Shown here piece by piece: positions 38,615-48,589 of a stretch of DNA of 48,589 nt (position 1 is the first letter of the stretch; each line of letters opens with the position of its first letter). The DNA comes from a virus. Lineage: Duplodnaviria; Heunggongvirae; Uroviricota; Caudoviricetes. The notes under the pieces are model-generated. The model made no database searches. It saw only the letters and a list, made by a program, of their open reading frames with translations, and had not been told where the DNA came from. The position numbers were made by a program, and so were the translations under genes. The stretch is taken from the IMG/VR virus record IMGVR_UViG_3300025012_000032; one strand, written 5' to 3'.

Positions 38615-39073
38615 CTATTTTGAGTCAGAATTATCTGTTTGAGTAATTATGCCACTATCATTTTTTGAATCGCTTGGAAGGCTTGTATTTTGTGATTTTT
38701 CTAATATAGTTGATGTAGTTTCTACTATATTTTTCTTATTAAACAAATCAACAGTAAAACTTGACCCTTTGCTTGCTAAAAATCCTGTGACTGCAATATC
38801 AACAATCCAATAAAGCACATCATATCCTATTTTAAATTGACTTATTAAATCAACAAAATTATGAGCAGGAACAAAACCAAGAGGTTGTAAAATACTAGTT
38901 CCTGTAACCAAAGATAAAATCATAGCAATAATTACGCTAGCTCTTTGAGTATTTTTGTCAGAAATCACTTCTTTGTATACCTGTGTGATCCCAAGGGTTA
39001 GAGTACTAAGCATCATAAAACTTTGTAATGCAGTTGCAATATCCATATTTATTTTTCCTCCTTTAAAATACAA
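38615..39073 (-). CDS. Putative holin
   Basis: Three TM segments, GFLASKGSSF..DL motif and a hydrophilic tail; located in the lysis cassette. Confidence 0.65.
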   Translation of the reverse strand: MYFKGGKINMDIATALQSFMMLSTLTLGITQVYKEVISDKNTQRASVIIAMILSLVTGTSILQPLGFVPAHNFVDLISQFKIGYDVLYWIVDIAVTGFLASKGSSFTVDLFNKKNIVETTSTILEKSQNTSLPSDSKNDSGIITQTDNSDSK

Positions 39074-40167
39074 AAATCACTCTCTTGGAGTGATAATTCT
39101 TTTAATAATATTTCTTCTACTCTATTAATATCCCAATACCAAATTTCTAGAAAATTATATCCATTATTTAGTGCATATTCTTTCTTTCTGCGATCATGCT
39201 CCTTTTGTTTAATTAATCTTGCTTCCGCTAATTCTATTGGTTCATTTTTGTATTTTAATATAACTTGATCATGATATTCTCCCTGAACTTCGATGAGTAA
39301 TTTTTTTCTAGGTATATAGAAATCATAAGATAATAACCCACCAGACATACCTATTAAACCATCAAATGTTATTTGATAAGTATATGACTCATCAGTGCCA
39401 ATTAAATATTCTGATACCATAACTTCATATTGCGAAGCATTATTACATTCTGGACATCTGAAATTATAGACATTTGAATTAGAAATACTTCTCAGATAAT
39501 CTTCGTGTTTTCCGTTTGGGCATTTCCACCATACTTCTTTATTGCTAAACTGAAAATATTCAAATGGTGACTTATTATTTTTATCAGACCATATAGTTAT
39601 AACTTCAGGACGCAAAAAACCAACTGACTTACATTGTTTACAAATTATATCTACGTTCATACTAGTAAACAAATATAAACTTTTTAATTCGCTAGTATGT
39701 ATTTCTTTTGGACATTTAAAATAATATTCTGTTTCAGTATTACAATTAACTTCACTTGGTTTAAGTTTATTTAATTTATAATCCCATCTGCCTAATACGT
39801 CCTGACGATTATTTTCTAAACACCATTGTTCAAAAGATTTACCTTTAAGTAATAAAGTTTTTCTGCAAGTTTCACGACCATATAATTTCATAGCACATTT
39901 TTGACAATAATATTTACCATCTTCTTTAATACTCTTTTGATAATCCACCCATGCTAATTGTTTTTCTTCACCACAATTATCACATTTCACATCTACTTTC
40001 ACCCTAGTGCCATTTGGTAAATCATTAACATTAACTAAAATTTTTGTTCCTCTTTTTACCACTATTTGACCTTGTTTATTTTTATATCTAGGAATTTTAT
40101 AACCTAAATTTTCATAATATTTTATATTTGTCATTAATCCAACTTCTATTTCTTTTGTAATTAACAT
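39049..40167 (-). CDS. Zn-ribbon + DUF559-like endonuclease, paralogue of 5830-7560
   Basis: Same MLITKE.EV.L N terminus; WWKCPNGKH...CPEC; LSYDFYIP...IEVQGEYH...HDRRKKEY. Confidence 0.8.
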   Translation of the reverse strand: MLITKEIEVGLMTNIKYYENLGYKIPRYKNKQGQIVVKRGTKILVNVNDLPNGTRVKVDVKCDNCGEEKQLAWVDYQKSIKEDGKYYCQKCAMKLYGRETCRKTLLLKGKSFEQWCLENNRQDVLGRWDYKLNKLKPSEVNCNTETEYYFKCPKEIHTSELKSLYLFTSMNVDIICKQCKSVGFLRPEVITIWSDKNNKSPFEYFQFSNKEVWWKCPNGKHEDYLRSISNSNVYNFRCPECNNASQYEVMVSEYLIGTDESYTYQITFDGLIGMSGGLLSYDFYIPRKKLLIEVQGEYHDQVILKYKNEPIELAEARLIKQKEHDRRKKEYALNNGYNFLEIWYWDINRVEEILLKELSLQESDFCILKEEK

Positions 40168-40184
40168 TAAAACATTCCTCCTAA

Positions 40185-40361
40185 TTATTTATTTTTGAAA
40201 CGCAAATACTCCTGAATTTTTTCTTGTAATTCAGGAGTATCATTAAAGATAAATATTTTTCTATTTGATTTTTGATCGTCTCTCATTAATTTAAGTACAA
40301 ATCCTTGAAGCATTAAAAATCCTGCAAGGCGTAAAGAGTAAGAACTGAATTCAGATTTCAT
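40185..40361 (-). CDS. DUF5659-family small protein (58 aa)
   Basis: YSLRLAGFLMLQGFVL...NRKIFIFNDTPEL...IQEY; GGAG RBS; below the ORF cutoff. Confidence 0.7.
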   Translation of the reverse strand: MKSEFSSYSLRLAGFLMLQGFVLKLMRDDQKSNRKIFIFNDTPELQEKIQEYLRFKNK

Positions 40362-40448
40362 TTAGATTAATCATTTCTCCTTTTTATTTAAATACATCTC
40401 CTTAAAATTATTTATATCTTATTATTTATAGTATTTTAAACTTTTTCT

Positions 40449-40676
40449 TTAAAACCCTTTCCCTCTAATCATTCTGCCAATTACATCCAATTGTTTTAAT
40501 AACTCAGCTATTTGTTTTGCATTTGAAAGATTTTGTTCTTTAATAATTGAAAATTCTTCTTTAAGTAGTATGTAAATATCTTCATTTTGTTTTGTGATTT
40601 CTTTGTTTATTTCTGTTGTAATTCTTGATGCTATTTTTGTTACAATACGGTTTATGAATTTGTTTAATTTATTCAT
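40449..40676 (-). CDS. Coiled-coil hypothetical protein
   Basis: 75 aa ORF with AAGGA RBS. Confidence 0.6.
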   Translation of the reverse strand: MNKLNKFINRIVTKIASRITTEINKEITKQNEDIYILLKEEFSIIKEQNLSNAKQIAELLKQLDVIGRMIRGKGF

Positions 40677-40698
40677 AATAAATCATCCTTTAAATTGT

Positions 40699-41151
40699 TT
40701 ATTGTTTTATAGAAATTCCATACTTCCCACCAATATAAGCTAACACAAGAGTTGAGATTACAGCTAAAACCTTTAATACAATTTTTGTTGTATTGTCCAT
40801 TTTACCCTTTGCAAACTCATTTTCACTTTTATTATCTTCTTTATCTATTTCATTTTTTGTAGAAGATGTATTAATTGCAATTTGAGATAAAGTAGATAGT
40901 AATATATTAGAGGACTGTAAACTATTATTTTCTATTCTTGCTAAACTGATCTTAATAGTATTAAATTCACTATCTATAAAATCAAATCGTGCATCATAAC
41001 CAGCATTCTTAATTTCAAGTTCATGAATTTTTTCTCCTTGATGATTTAATTTTATATCATGCTCAGTTATTCTTTTCTCATGGTCATCAATTTTAAACAA
41101 TAAATCATCCTCGATTGCCACTTCCAACACCTCTTTCGCTATATTATCCAT
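40699..41151 (-). CDS. XhlA-like coiled-coil protein with C-terminal TM (lysis accessory)
   Basis: Heptad coil followed by IVLKVLAVISTLVLAYIGGK; directly downstream of the amidase. Confidence 0.55.
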   Translation of the reverse strand: MDNIAKEVLEVAIEDDLLFKIDDHEKRITEHDIKLNHQGEKIHELEIKNAGYDARFDFIDSEFNTIKISLARIENNSLQSSNILLSTLSQIAINTSSTKNEIDKEDNKSENEFAKGKMDNTTKIVLKVLAVISTLVLAYIGGKYGISIKQ

Positions 41152-41359
41152 AATTAATACTTGCCCTCCTCTTTACTCAATTTATTTTGTGTGGTATAAT
41201 GAATTAATGGTTGTAGTGCTACGAACATTACAATCAGGATTCGACAGTCCAGATTGGGCAAGTCTGGCTGTCATACATACAATAACTTGATAAATAAAAT
41301 TAATTAGATTAATAGAGGTGTGATTTATCTTTACACCTCTATTTAGTGATTTGTTTTAT

Positions 41360-42211
41360 TTAAAGACTATTTACTACTGCTTGAAGCGTATCTTTTGCTT
41401 CTTTGCCTGAAAGTAACTTCTCATTGGAATGTCCAACTGTACTCCCACCTACTACATATAAGGTATTTGATTTTAAGCAATCTTGATTAAAACTTTTATC
41501 AGAATTTCTAAAATATATCGCACAATTTCCATATTTCTGAGATACTAACATACAAGCACCTAAGTCATTAAGTGAGAATCCGAGTACGGCATAATTCACA
41601 TTATCATCTCCTTGATTATTATTTATTGTTGATTGGATAGTTGAAGTTATTGGTTCTTTAAATATTACACCAATAAAATTACAAATTCCCTTTGCTATGG
41701 CACTCGAAACCTTATCATCCCAAGAATAATCTTTCATTAATGCTTCTTCATTAAGATTAGAAATAAATCCTATTTCTGTTAGTATAGCAGGACAATCAGT
41801 TTCACGTAGCACATGATAATTTGCTGTTTTTAAACCTCTATCAAATAGTCTAGTAGCAGGAACCAATTCTTTATGTACTTCTTCTGCTAACATTCTGCCT
41901 TTGCCTGTTGATGCGAATGAAAATGTCTCTACACCATGAGAGTCAGGAGAAAAACTATTACAATGAATTGAGACAAAATAATCACTTTTCCATAAATTTG
42001 ATTTATTTGTTACATCATATAAATCCCCATCTTGATATACCATTGTTTCTATTCCATTAAATTTTAATTTATTAGAAACTAAATCAGCAATTTCTTTTGT
42101 TTCTACTGATTCTTTATATCCTGTTAATCCAATTGCTCCTGGATCATATCCATTTGAACTTGAATTATTAACTCCTTTTGGGCCATGACCAGCGTTTATA
42201 AATATTTTCAC
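41360..42211 (-). CDS. N-acetylmuramoyl-L-alanine amidase (Amidase_3) endolysin
   Basis: IFINAGHG, E, FVSIHCN and AILTEIGFISN; C-terminal LYVVGG cell-wall-binding-like segment. Confidence 0.93.
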   Translation of the reverse strand: MKIFINAGHGPKGVNNSSSNGYDPGAIGLTGYKESVETKEIADLVSNKLKFNGIETMVYQDGDLYDVTNKSNLWKSDYFVSIHCNSFSPDSHGVETFSFASTGKGRMLAEEVHKELVPATRLFDRGLKTANYHVLRETDCPAILTEIGFISNLNEEALMKDYSWDDKVSSAIAKGICNFIGVIFKEPITSTIQSTINNNQGDDNVNYAVLGFSLNDLGACMLVSQKYGNCAIYFRNSDKSFNQDCLKSNTLYVVGGSTVGHSNEKLLSGKEAKDTLQAVVNSL

Positions 42212-42475
42212 TTTTATTTCACCTTCTTATAAAATTTTATCTTACTGAAATAGTAAATTAGACATACTACATATAGTATATGAATTTAAAATAAACACTA
42301 TATGTAGTGTTTTAAATTTCTTCATACTAAATAAAATCAAGTTTTTATTTGTATGGATTAGTAATAATTAAATACATCTCAGTTGAGAATGGAGTATAGA
42401 AAATATACTCCATTCTTTTGTCTATTTATACTTTGTGAATAATAAATCTAATAGACAGTATGCGTCTGTTACGTC

Positions 42476-45400
42476 TTAGAGTCCCAATCCTAAGTGATAC
42501 CGAATTGTTTTAGCTGTTGCTAAATTGTTCTGTACTTGGATATAACCACTCTCTACATAAATATTAATCGTACTCGAATTATCTTTAACATCACTGAATT
42601 GAATATTTGGATTACTTAGCATAGTAACGAACTTACCTCCATTTGCTGTCGATGCACTAACCACAAATATTGCCATAGTCCCGTCAGACACATTTGCAAC
42701 ATTTAATAACCCATATTTCCCTTGAGGTACATTCGATTGCTGTATACCAGCACTCGAAACGGAATACGATTTCTTATAGCTAGGTGTCCCTAAACTTAGA
42801 AATTCTGGCAATAATAAAGATACAGAAGCATTAGTACAATTACTTGCTAAATTAGCGTCCAGAGTAAGTGCCTTGGTCGTTACATCAATAGCGACAACCT
42901 TATAATTACCAGTAACACCGTTTACGACAATGATACATTCTGCTGTTAATTGTATAGGTATATTATTTAAAATTATGGTATTTTCTCCGATTACCCCCGT
43001 TCCAGTTACGGATGAAATTGTATTCTGAGTCCCTCTTACAATACACTGTAGTCCTATATCCTTTAATCCAGTGTTAGCGTTTTTATTATAGATGGTGTCT
43101 CCAACTTCATAATTTCCTGCAGGTATTGCATCAACATCTTGTTTATACGACCTAATTTTAGATCCTCTTACGTTTATAATATCCGAATTAACAGTGTACC
43201 CGTCAACATACTTTAACCCATGAATGGAATGCGGTATAGTATAGATAGTATCGTGTAATTCCGATCTATTTGAATACCCCGTCTTACCGTTTTGGGCTGA
43301 AAAACAGGCATTATTTATTCCTATATAGTAAGAATTTGAAAATCCAGCAACATCTGGATAGATCCCTCCTGTTTGCCAAAAATTATCCTCGCATTTCAAA
43401 TTTACAGCATCACCCACAATGATTTTTTTATCAGTTGTGTTCCCAAAATGTCTGCAATTTTTAAAGGTTACTACCGCAGCCGTATATTTTGACCTATCGC
43501 TATTATAAAGATACACATCAAAGTTTTGATTAGCCTCGAAATATACGCCGATGGCTAGTAAGGCAAACAGAGTTCCAGTACCTAACCATTTCATACCACC
43601 ACCAACGCAACTTTCGATTACACACTTACCCTCGAATGATATAGCTCCACCCTCAATAGCAATACCGATCCCACTAAAAATAGTTATGTCTAAATCTCGG
43701 ATAACATTATTGTAGGAGTAATTACCGTCATAAGCAGCCCCACTGTATTGATTAAAGTAAAGACCATAAGGAGCAACACAATCATAGACTGTAATTCTAT
43801 CCCCCATTGTTCCATAACCACTAACATTCCTAATAAGGCTATGGTTTGCAGTAACATGATAGAATTTACAATCTTCCACCAATGTATTTATAGCATCCTT
43901 TACGGTAATATTTCCAATCTTAATTATTGTATCGAAATTAGAAGACCCAACAAGGGATACAAATTTCGCATTAATTATCTTTGGTGGTTTAAATTCTGCC
44001 CTATCACTTGAATTTGCAGGTTGATAGACAATAAAATCTCCTGTTCCATCAAGACTAATCTCTGCCCCGTTAAAATCAATCGTGATTTGCTTTGCTATTG
44101 TACCCAACGACCCTAAAGTGTATCTCTTTCCAGATTTAAACTGTACAGTTCCACCGATAGGACAAGCGTTAATTGCCCCTAATGTGGCACCTGTATCGGT
44201 TAGTCCTAGTATATAATGAGCTTCTACCTTTGTCGTATTTTCGGCCTTATATTCAGCAACATCATCATAAAACTCAGAAATAGAACTTACAATATCCGTC
44301 TTTGCTACCGTAGGTAAACCACTCAAAACCCCAACTTTATTACTATCATGATCATCCAACCTAGCTTTAAGATTCGCATACCCAATCCCTAAAGAACTAA
44401 CCCTAGCATTTTCAACTTCTTGAGTAGTTAAACTTCCTGCTCCTCCAGGAACACTTCTAAATGCCTCTACTTTTGTTCCTGCAACAACACCACTAGTTAA
44501 TGTAAATGAATTTGTACTAGTCTCAGTATAATTTACTCCAATAATCTGCTTGATTCCAACAACATACACCATTAATTGATTAACACCAATTAAATAAGGA
44601 AATTCAGTCAATGTAAATAATGTTTGATTTTCTGTTGCTGTAAAAACTTGACTATTGTTTGCTCCATATCCTCCTGCAAAAGTTAAATCTAAAACATATG
44701 ATTTTTCAAAAATAGTTCCATTATATCTCCACATAGCATTATTAGCTGTAATTGCATCATCAATTACTTGATAAGTATCTCCTAAAATATTATCAGATGC
44801 AGGGAGGGATGCAATTCCTGTAACAATACCTTTAAAATTTATATGTCCAGATGAATATGTATTTTGACGATTATCTTCTTGGGATTGTCTGGTATTTTCT
44901 TGTGAAATTCTAGTATCTTCATTTGCTTGAGCAGTTGCATTAGTTTCATTTAATTCACCTATTGAAAAATTTGCTGTTACAATAGTTCCATCTAAAGTTC
45001 CGTTTATAATTGCTGCAGAATCAATAGAATCATCTAAATTATTTTTTGTTATATTTGCAGTTGTATCGCTTAAATCAAGAGCTATTTTTGTTTCCAATGC
45101 TGTAGTATTCGATCCGTCTAATAAAACTTTGGTTGCCAAAGCTGTAGTATTAGAACTATCCAAATTACTTTTTGTTATATTGGCATTTGTGTTACTTAAA
45201 TCAAGTGCTGTTTTTGATGCTCCAGATGTAGATATGCTTGCATCTAAATTTGTTTTAGAAGTATTGGAATTAGAAATAGATAAATCTAATGCTATTTTTT
45301 TAGTATCTGCAGTATTAAATCTAGAATCTAAATCTGATTTTAATATATTCCCTGTAGCAATATCTGAATCTAATTCATTTTCTAAACTTTGAGCAGTAGA

Positions 45401-45811
45401 AATGGCAGCAGTTAATCCACCTAAAGTTTCAATTGCAACTGAGCCATTATTTATCATATTTTGAAGAGTCTGTGTTACATCATTTCCATCTGTGCTATAA
45501 ATTCTTTCAGCAGGTATTTGAATAATCCCCCGACCTAAATAATTTGCAACAACTGTCTTTCCGTTTTCAGAAGGGTTAAAAGATATTGCTCCGTTCAAAT
45601 AATTAACGAAAAATTGATTTGATTCAATAGCAGTATTACTTCTAGTTTCAAAATAATTAAGAATAGTTGTTCCAGAGAATTCATTTGGTATTTCGCTGAG
45701 TGTAATTGTGTTATTGACTATTAATCTAGAATCCGACTTGGATATATATGGGTCTTCCGAATTACCGGCTCGTAAAAAGTACAAAATTGGATTATTAAAT
45801 TCAAAAGCCAT
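42476..45811 (-). CDS. Tail fiber/tailspike: coiled-coil repeat stalk plus beta-helix C-terminal domain
   Basis: 14-aa repeats (LD.S.TTA..TK..), FTATENQTLFTL...VYV.GIKQ Ig-like unit, and beta-helix-type repeats after about residue 530. Confidence 0.75.
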   Translation of the reverse strand: MAFEFNNPILYFLRAGNSEDPYISKSDSRLIVNNTITLSEIPNEFSGTTILNYFETRSNTAIESNQFFVNYLNGAISFNPSENGKTVVANYLGRGIIQIPAERIYSTDGNDVTQTLQNMINNGSVAIETLGGLTAAISTAQSLENELDSDIATGNILKSDLDSRFNTADTKKIALDLSISNSNTSKTNLDASISTSGASKTALDLSNTNANITKSNLDSSNTTALATKVLLDGSNTTALETKIALDLSDTTANITKNNLDDSIDSAAIINGTLDGTIVTANFSIGELNETNATAQANEDTRISQENTRQSQEDNRQNTYSSGHINFKGIVTGIASLPASDNILGDTYQVIDDAITANNAMWRYNGTIFEKSYVLDLTFAGGYGANNSQVFTATENQTLFTLTEFPYLIGVNQLMVYVVGIKQIIGVNYTETSTNSFTLTSGVVAGTKVEAFRSVPGGAGSLTTQEVENARVSSLGIGYANLKARLDDHDSNKVGVLSGLPTVAKTDIVSSISEFYDDVAEYKAENTTKVEAHYILGLTDTGATLGAINACPIGGTVQFKSGKRYTLGSLGTIAKQITIDFNGAEISLDGTGDFIVYQPANSSDRAEFKPPKIINAKFVSLVGSSNFDTIIKIGNITVKDAINTLVEDCKFYHVTANHSLIRNVSGYGTMGDRITVYDCVAPYGLYFNQYSGAAYDGNYSYNNVIRDLDITIFSGIGIAIEGGAISFEGKCVIESCVGGGMKWLGTGTLFALLAIGVYFEANQNFDVYLYNSDRSKYTAAVVTFKNCRHFGNTTDKKIIVGDAVNLKCEDNFWQTGGIYPDVAGFSNSYYIGINNACFSAQNGKTGYSNRSELHDTIYTIPHSIHGLKYVDGYTVNSDIINVRGSKIRSYKQDVDAIPAGNYEVGDTIYNKNANTGLKDIGLQCIVRGTQNTISSVTGTGVIGENTIILNNIPIQLTAECIIVVNGVTGNYKVVAIDVTTKALTLDANLASNCTNASVSLLLPEFLSLGTPSYKKSYSVSSAGIQQSNVPQGKYGLLNVANVSDGTMAIFVVSASTANGGKFVTMLSNPNIQFSDVKDNSSTINIYVESGYIQVQNNLATAKTIRYHLGLGL

Positions 45812-45913
45812 TTATTTATTTTCCTCCTTTTAATTGTAAAAAGAGACAGAATTAAATCTATCTCTTTCCTAAACAAAATATATTATTTATTAATTATTTT
45901 CTAACATTGATAC

Positions 45914-46234
45914 TTAAACCTTAGACAAACTAATTGATATAGAATTATAATTATAACTCTTATTTATCGAACGAATATTAACATATCCTGCAAGAGTCAC
46001 ACCTATATATTCATCAGATAATTCACTATCTTTTACATAAACTTTTATATTGTCTAATGATGCTAAAAACTTATTGTTTACATCGATAATATCTGGCAAA
46101 ATCCCTTCAGAATTTTTTCCAATAATTATATTAGCAATTGGTGTAGATGGGGTTGATTTATTGTCAATATATTCCTGAACGTCGATTACTTTACTAAAAG
46201 AATCTCCTCTAGATAATTCTATCCGTGTAATCAT
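45914..46234 (-). CDS. Hypothetical tail-region protein
   Basis: 106 aa ORF with AGGAGG RBS. Confidence 0.65.
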   Translation of the reverse strand: MITRIELSRGDSFSKVIDVQEYIDNKSTPSTPIANIIIGKNSEGILPDIIDVNNKFLASLDNIKVYVKDSELSDEYIGVTLAGYVNIRSINKSYNYNSISISLSKV

Positions 46235-46319
46235 TTTTATATATTTCCTCCTAAATTATAATAATAAAAGTAATAAAGAGAGATAAATTTATAATATCTC
46301 TCTAATAATTTAATATTTA

Positions 46320-48578
46320 TTATGTTGGTTGTGGATAAGTTTCTGTTACCCATGTTTTTAATATAGTTATTTGCTCATCAGTATAAGAATTAGAGATTCC
46401 AACTGCCGCATCTGCTGTACTTATTGCAGCAGATGCGTTAGAATAGGCACTATTTGCTGTACTTAAAGCACTATTAGCCGTATTAATTGCATTTGCTATA
46501 TCTGAAGCAGTAGACGATTGAACATATGTAAAATTAGATTCTTCAGCAACTGCAATATCTTCCAGTATTATTGCTTTTTTATCATAATATAATTTAAATG
46601 TAGCATTAAATGTTGTTCTATCTATAACTGTAGTTATATTAGAAGATAAAGAAAGAGTTGCTACATAAGTTGATAAAGCATCATAGGCTGGAGTATAACT
46701 ATGAGTGTCTGTCCAATGTGGTTGAGCACAATAATAACATAGTTTTTCTAATAATAATGTTGCTTTATTACTAATTAATATTTTTTCTGCAACAATTGTA
46801 TCCCATTCACTTTGCACAAATCTTTTTTCAAGCGCGTTTAACTTTCCATCTTCTGTTATTTCGTCAAACTTGTTTCCTACATAAATTTTCACCGCAGATA
46901 CAATATTCTCAGATAAAACACTTCTTGCAAAATAATAAGTCGTAAATTTAGAATCAAAAGTAATTCTATCTACATTTGAGGTTTTTATCATATTACCTAA
47001 AATAGAAAAATCATCACCAGTATATGGAAAAACACTAGATGGTGCTACATATAGATAATCATATAATCCTACTCCTGCTCCGTTATAGGATAGTGTATAT
47101 GCAGTTGTATCTACACTATAATATTCTGCTTGATTTATATAACCATCATATTCTGCTACTATAGAGTCCCATATTGGTTTTAAGACCGTTATTTTTTCAT
47201 TTTTAGTAATTTTCCCACCATTTGCTATTTCATCTAAACTCATTAATGCTGAAGTAGCATCAGTTTGTGCTTTATTTGTCAATGCTTTTGTTATACTTCC
47301 TGCAACATCATCTGTATATTCAGTATAATAAATCCAATCTGAATCTACATAACTTCCTGTTAATCTTTCAACTATACAAATCTTAAAATCCGAATTAGAT
47401 TGTTGCCTCCATAAATCTTGAATACTATAAGGAGGTTGAGGTGTTGCAACAAATAACCTTAATTCTGAATCTAATGAACCTTGTGTTCTTGAAGCATTAG
47501 ATAATACTTTGATTACATCAACATTGTCAATCAATTCCCATTGATAAACACTAGAAATATATGAAAATCTATATGCATTCCTTTCAACTACATCATAAAA
47601 TAAATCACCTAAATGATATCCTTTTATTACATCTGTATTCCATTCACTACTTGGTAAATTTGTCAATAAAGGAATATAGCCATAAAAATAACATTCAATT
47701 TTACCATCTATACTCTGATTCTGGAAATTAGTGTTATCTGCATTATATAAAGTATCAGCAAATAACTTTAAAGATGTTGCTAAGACTGTATTTGTTTTAG
47801 CGTTATCAATTTCTAATGTAGATACTTTTGCAATAAGTATTTTCTTAGTAGAAGTTAAACCATCATACAATGTTTGAATAACACCTATTTGTGGAGCAGT
47901 AATTGCTTTTGGTACTGATAAATTAATCCAATTGTTTAGTTCTGTTTGCAATGAATTTAGAGCATCTTGAAAATTTGTCTTTTCATTAGGACTTATATTG
48001 GATAACCCCAATTTAGTAGCGAGATCAATCAATGGTTTAGATTCTTCAATTACTAAATCTAAATCAGTTCCAAGTATAATAGAATCTTCTACACTTATTG
48101 TAAATGTGGTAAATGAACTATTAATTTTTAACCCTAATGCAATAATTGCTTCTGCTAATCCTGATATTGAATCTCCTATATAATCTCTTGCAATAACCAT
48201 TATTTCTTCTAATAGTACAATTTTATTATCATAATACGATGTAAAATAATTAATAAATGTGGAACTTACAATTGTTGAATTTGAATCTAAATCAACTAAT
48301 ATAGGACTAATATAAGCACTTAAATTAGAATATGCAGTTTGATAGTTTGATAAAAGTGCTGCAATAGCAGGATAAGTAGAATTATTCCAATAACTTGCCT
48401 GTACTTCTACTGTATTTTTTTCACTTACAATTGCGTCCCAATAACTTTTTACAATTTTCTTCTCTTTTGATACAACTAAAGTAGGAGTTGTTGTTACTAC
48501 TTTTGTAATATCTGCCATAGCTATATCTCTATTTGCTTTTGCTAATTGAACTGCTAAAGTTGCTTCTGCTGAAATCAA
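46320..48578 (-). CDS. Phage tail/host-specificity protein, probably 5'-truncated by the window edge
   Basis: Repeated D..IT..EK......WD.I.AE units, PSSEW...HLGDLFYD and PQPPYSIQDLW typical of tail proteins. Confidence 0.7.
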   Translation of the reverse strand: MISAEATLAVQLAKANRDIAMADITKVVTTTPTLVVSKEKKIVKSYWDAIVSEKNTVEVQASYWNNSTYPAIAALLSNYQTAYSNLSAYISPILVDLDSNSTIVSSTFINYFTSYYDNKIVLLEEIMVIARDYIGDSISGLAEAIIALGLKINSSFTTFTISVEDSIILGTDLDLVIEESKPLIDLATKLGLSNISPNEKTNFQDALNSLQTELNNWINLSVPKAITAPQIGVIQTLYDGLTSTKKILIAKVSTLEIDNAKTNTVLATSLKLFADTLYNADNTNFQNQSIDGKIECYFYGYIPLLTNLPSSEWNTDVIKGYHLGDLFYDVVERNAYRFSYISSVYQWELIDNVDVIKVLSNASRTQGSLDSELRLFVATPQPPYSIQDLWRQQSNSDFKICIVERLTGSYVDSDWIYYTEYTDDVAGSITKALTNKAQTDATSALMSLDEIANGGKITKNEKITVLKPIWDSIVAEYDGYINQAEYYSVDTTAYTLSYNGAGVGLYDYLYVAPSSVFPYTGDDFSILGNMIKTSNVDRITFDSKFTTYYFARSVLSENIVSAVKIYVGNKFDEITEDGKLNALEKRFVQSEWDTIVAEKILISNKATLLLEKLCYYCAQPHWTDTHSYTPAYDALSTYVATLSLSSNITTVIDRTTFNATFKLYYDKKAIILEDIAVAEESNFTYVQSSTASDIANAINTANSALSTANSAYSNASAAISTADAAVGISNSYTDEQITILKTWVTETYPQPT

Positions 48579-48589
48579 TGTAGCCCCAA

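Noticed and set aside
41240-41290. c-di-GMP-I riboswitch (ATGACAGCCAG on the minus strand)
   Set aside because: The upstream GGCAAA/GNRA/GCAAA elements are absent.
45060-45330. Apparent nucleotide repeats as a CRISPR array or VNTR
   Set aside because: They are the 14-aa coiled-coil repeats of the tail fiber coding sequence.
1127-48183. Numerous short opposite-strand ORFs in the track (for example 1127-1321, 1784-2191, 15243-15470, 20506-20820, 31687-32155, 36692-38311, 43748-45392)
   Set aside because: They are shadows of longer motif-bearing genes and lack RBSs.
1-48589. tRNA or rRNA genes
   Set aside because: No cloverleaf with T-loop/D-loop consensus and no rRNA-like segment was recognised; a tRNAscan run would be needed to exclude them fully.

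Overview
Very AT-rich window that reads as part of a large (jumbo/SPbeta-like) temperate phage, prophage or phage-plasmid of a low-GC Bacillota host, probably Clostridia. 1-5.7 kb: type IIA topoisomerase B/A, ThyX, a P-loop nucleotide kinase and a nucleoside deoxyribosyltransferase. 7.6-19.1 kb: an embedded plasmid-like module with a wHTH Rep, DnaA boxes, candidate antisense RNAs, ParM/ParR, M23 peptidase, pilin, VirB6/PrgI/VirB4/VirD4-like genes and a Replication-relaxation relaxase. 19-26 kb: a DndB/DGQHR-like gene, small ORFs and free-standing endonucleases. 25.9-29.7 kb is the highlight: a TnpA-less TnpB directly downstream of an AsCas12f1-like Cas12f with intact RuvC residues, a 3-repeat/2-spacer CRISPR mini-array and a recognisable tracrRNA; no cas1/2/4 is present in the window. 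29.7-34.6 kb: small promoter-driven ORFs, a second putative replication gene with iterons, and a Bro/RusA-like gene. 35-48.6 kb: an O-acyltransferase moron, beta-helix tailspike-like proteins, holin/amidase lysis genes and tail proteins. All family assignments are by eye from motifs and recalled sequences; no database search was run.
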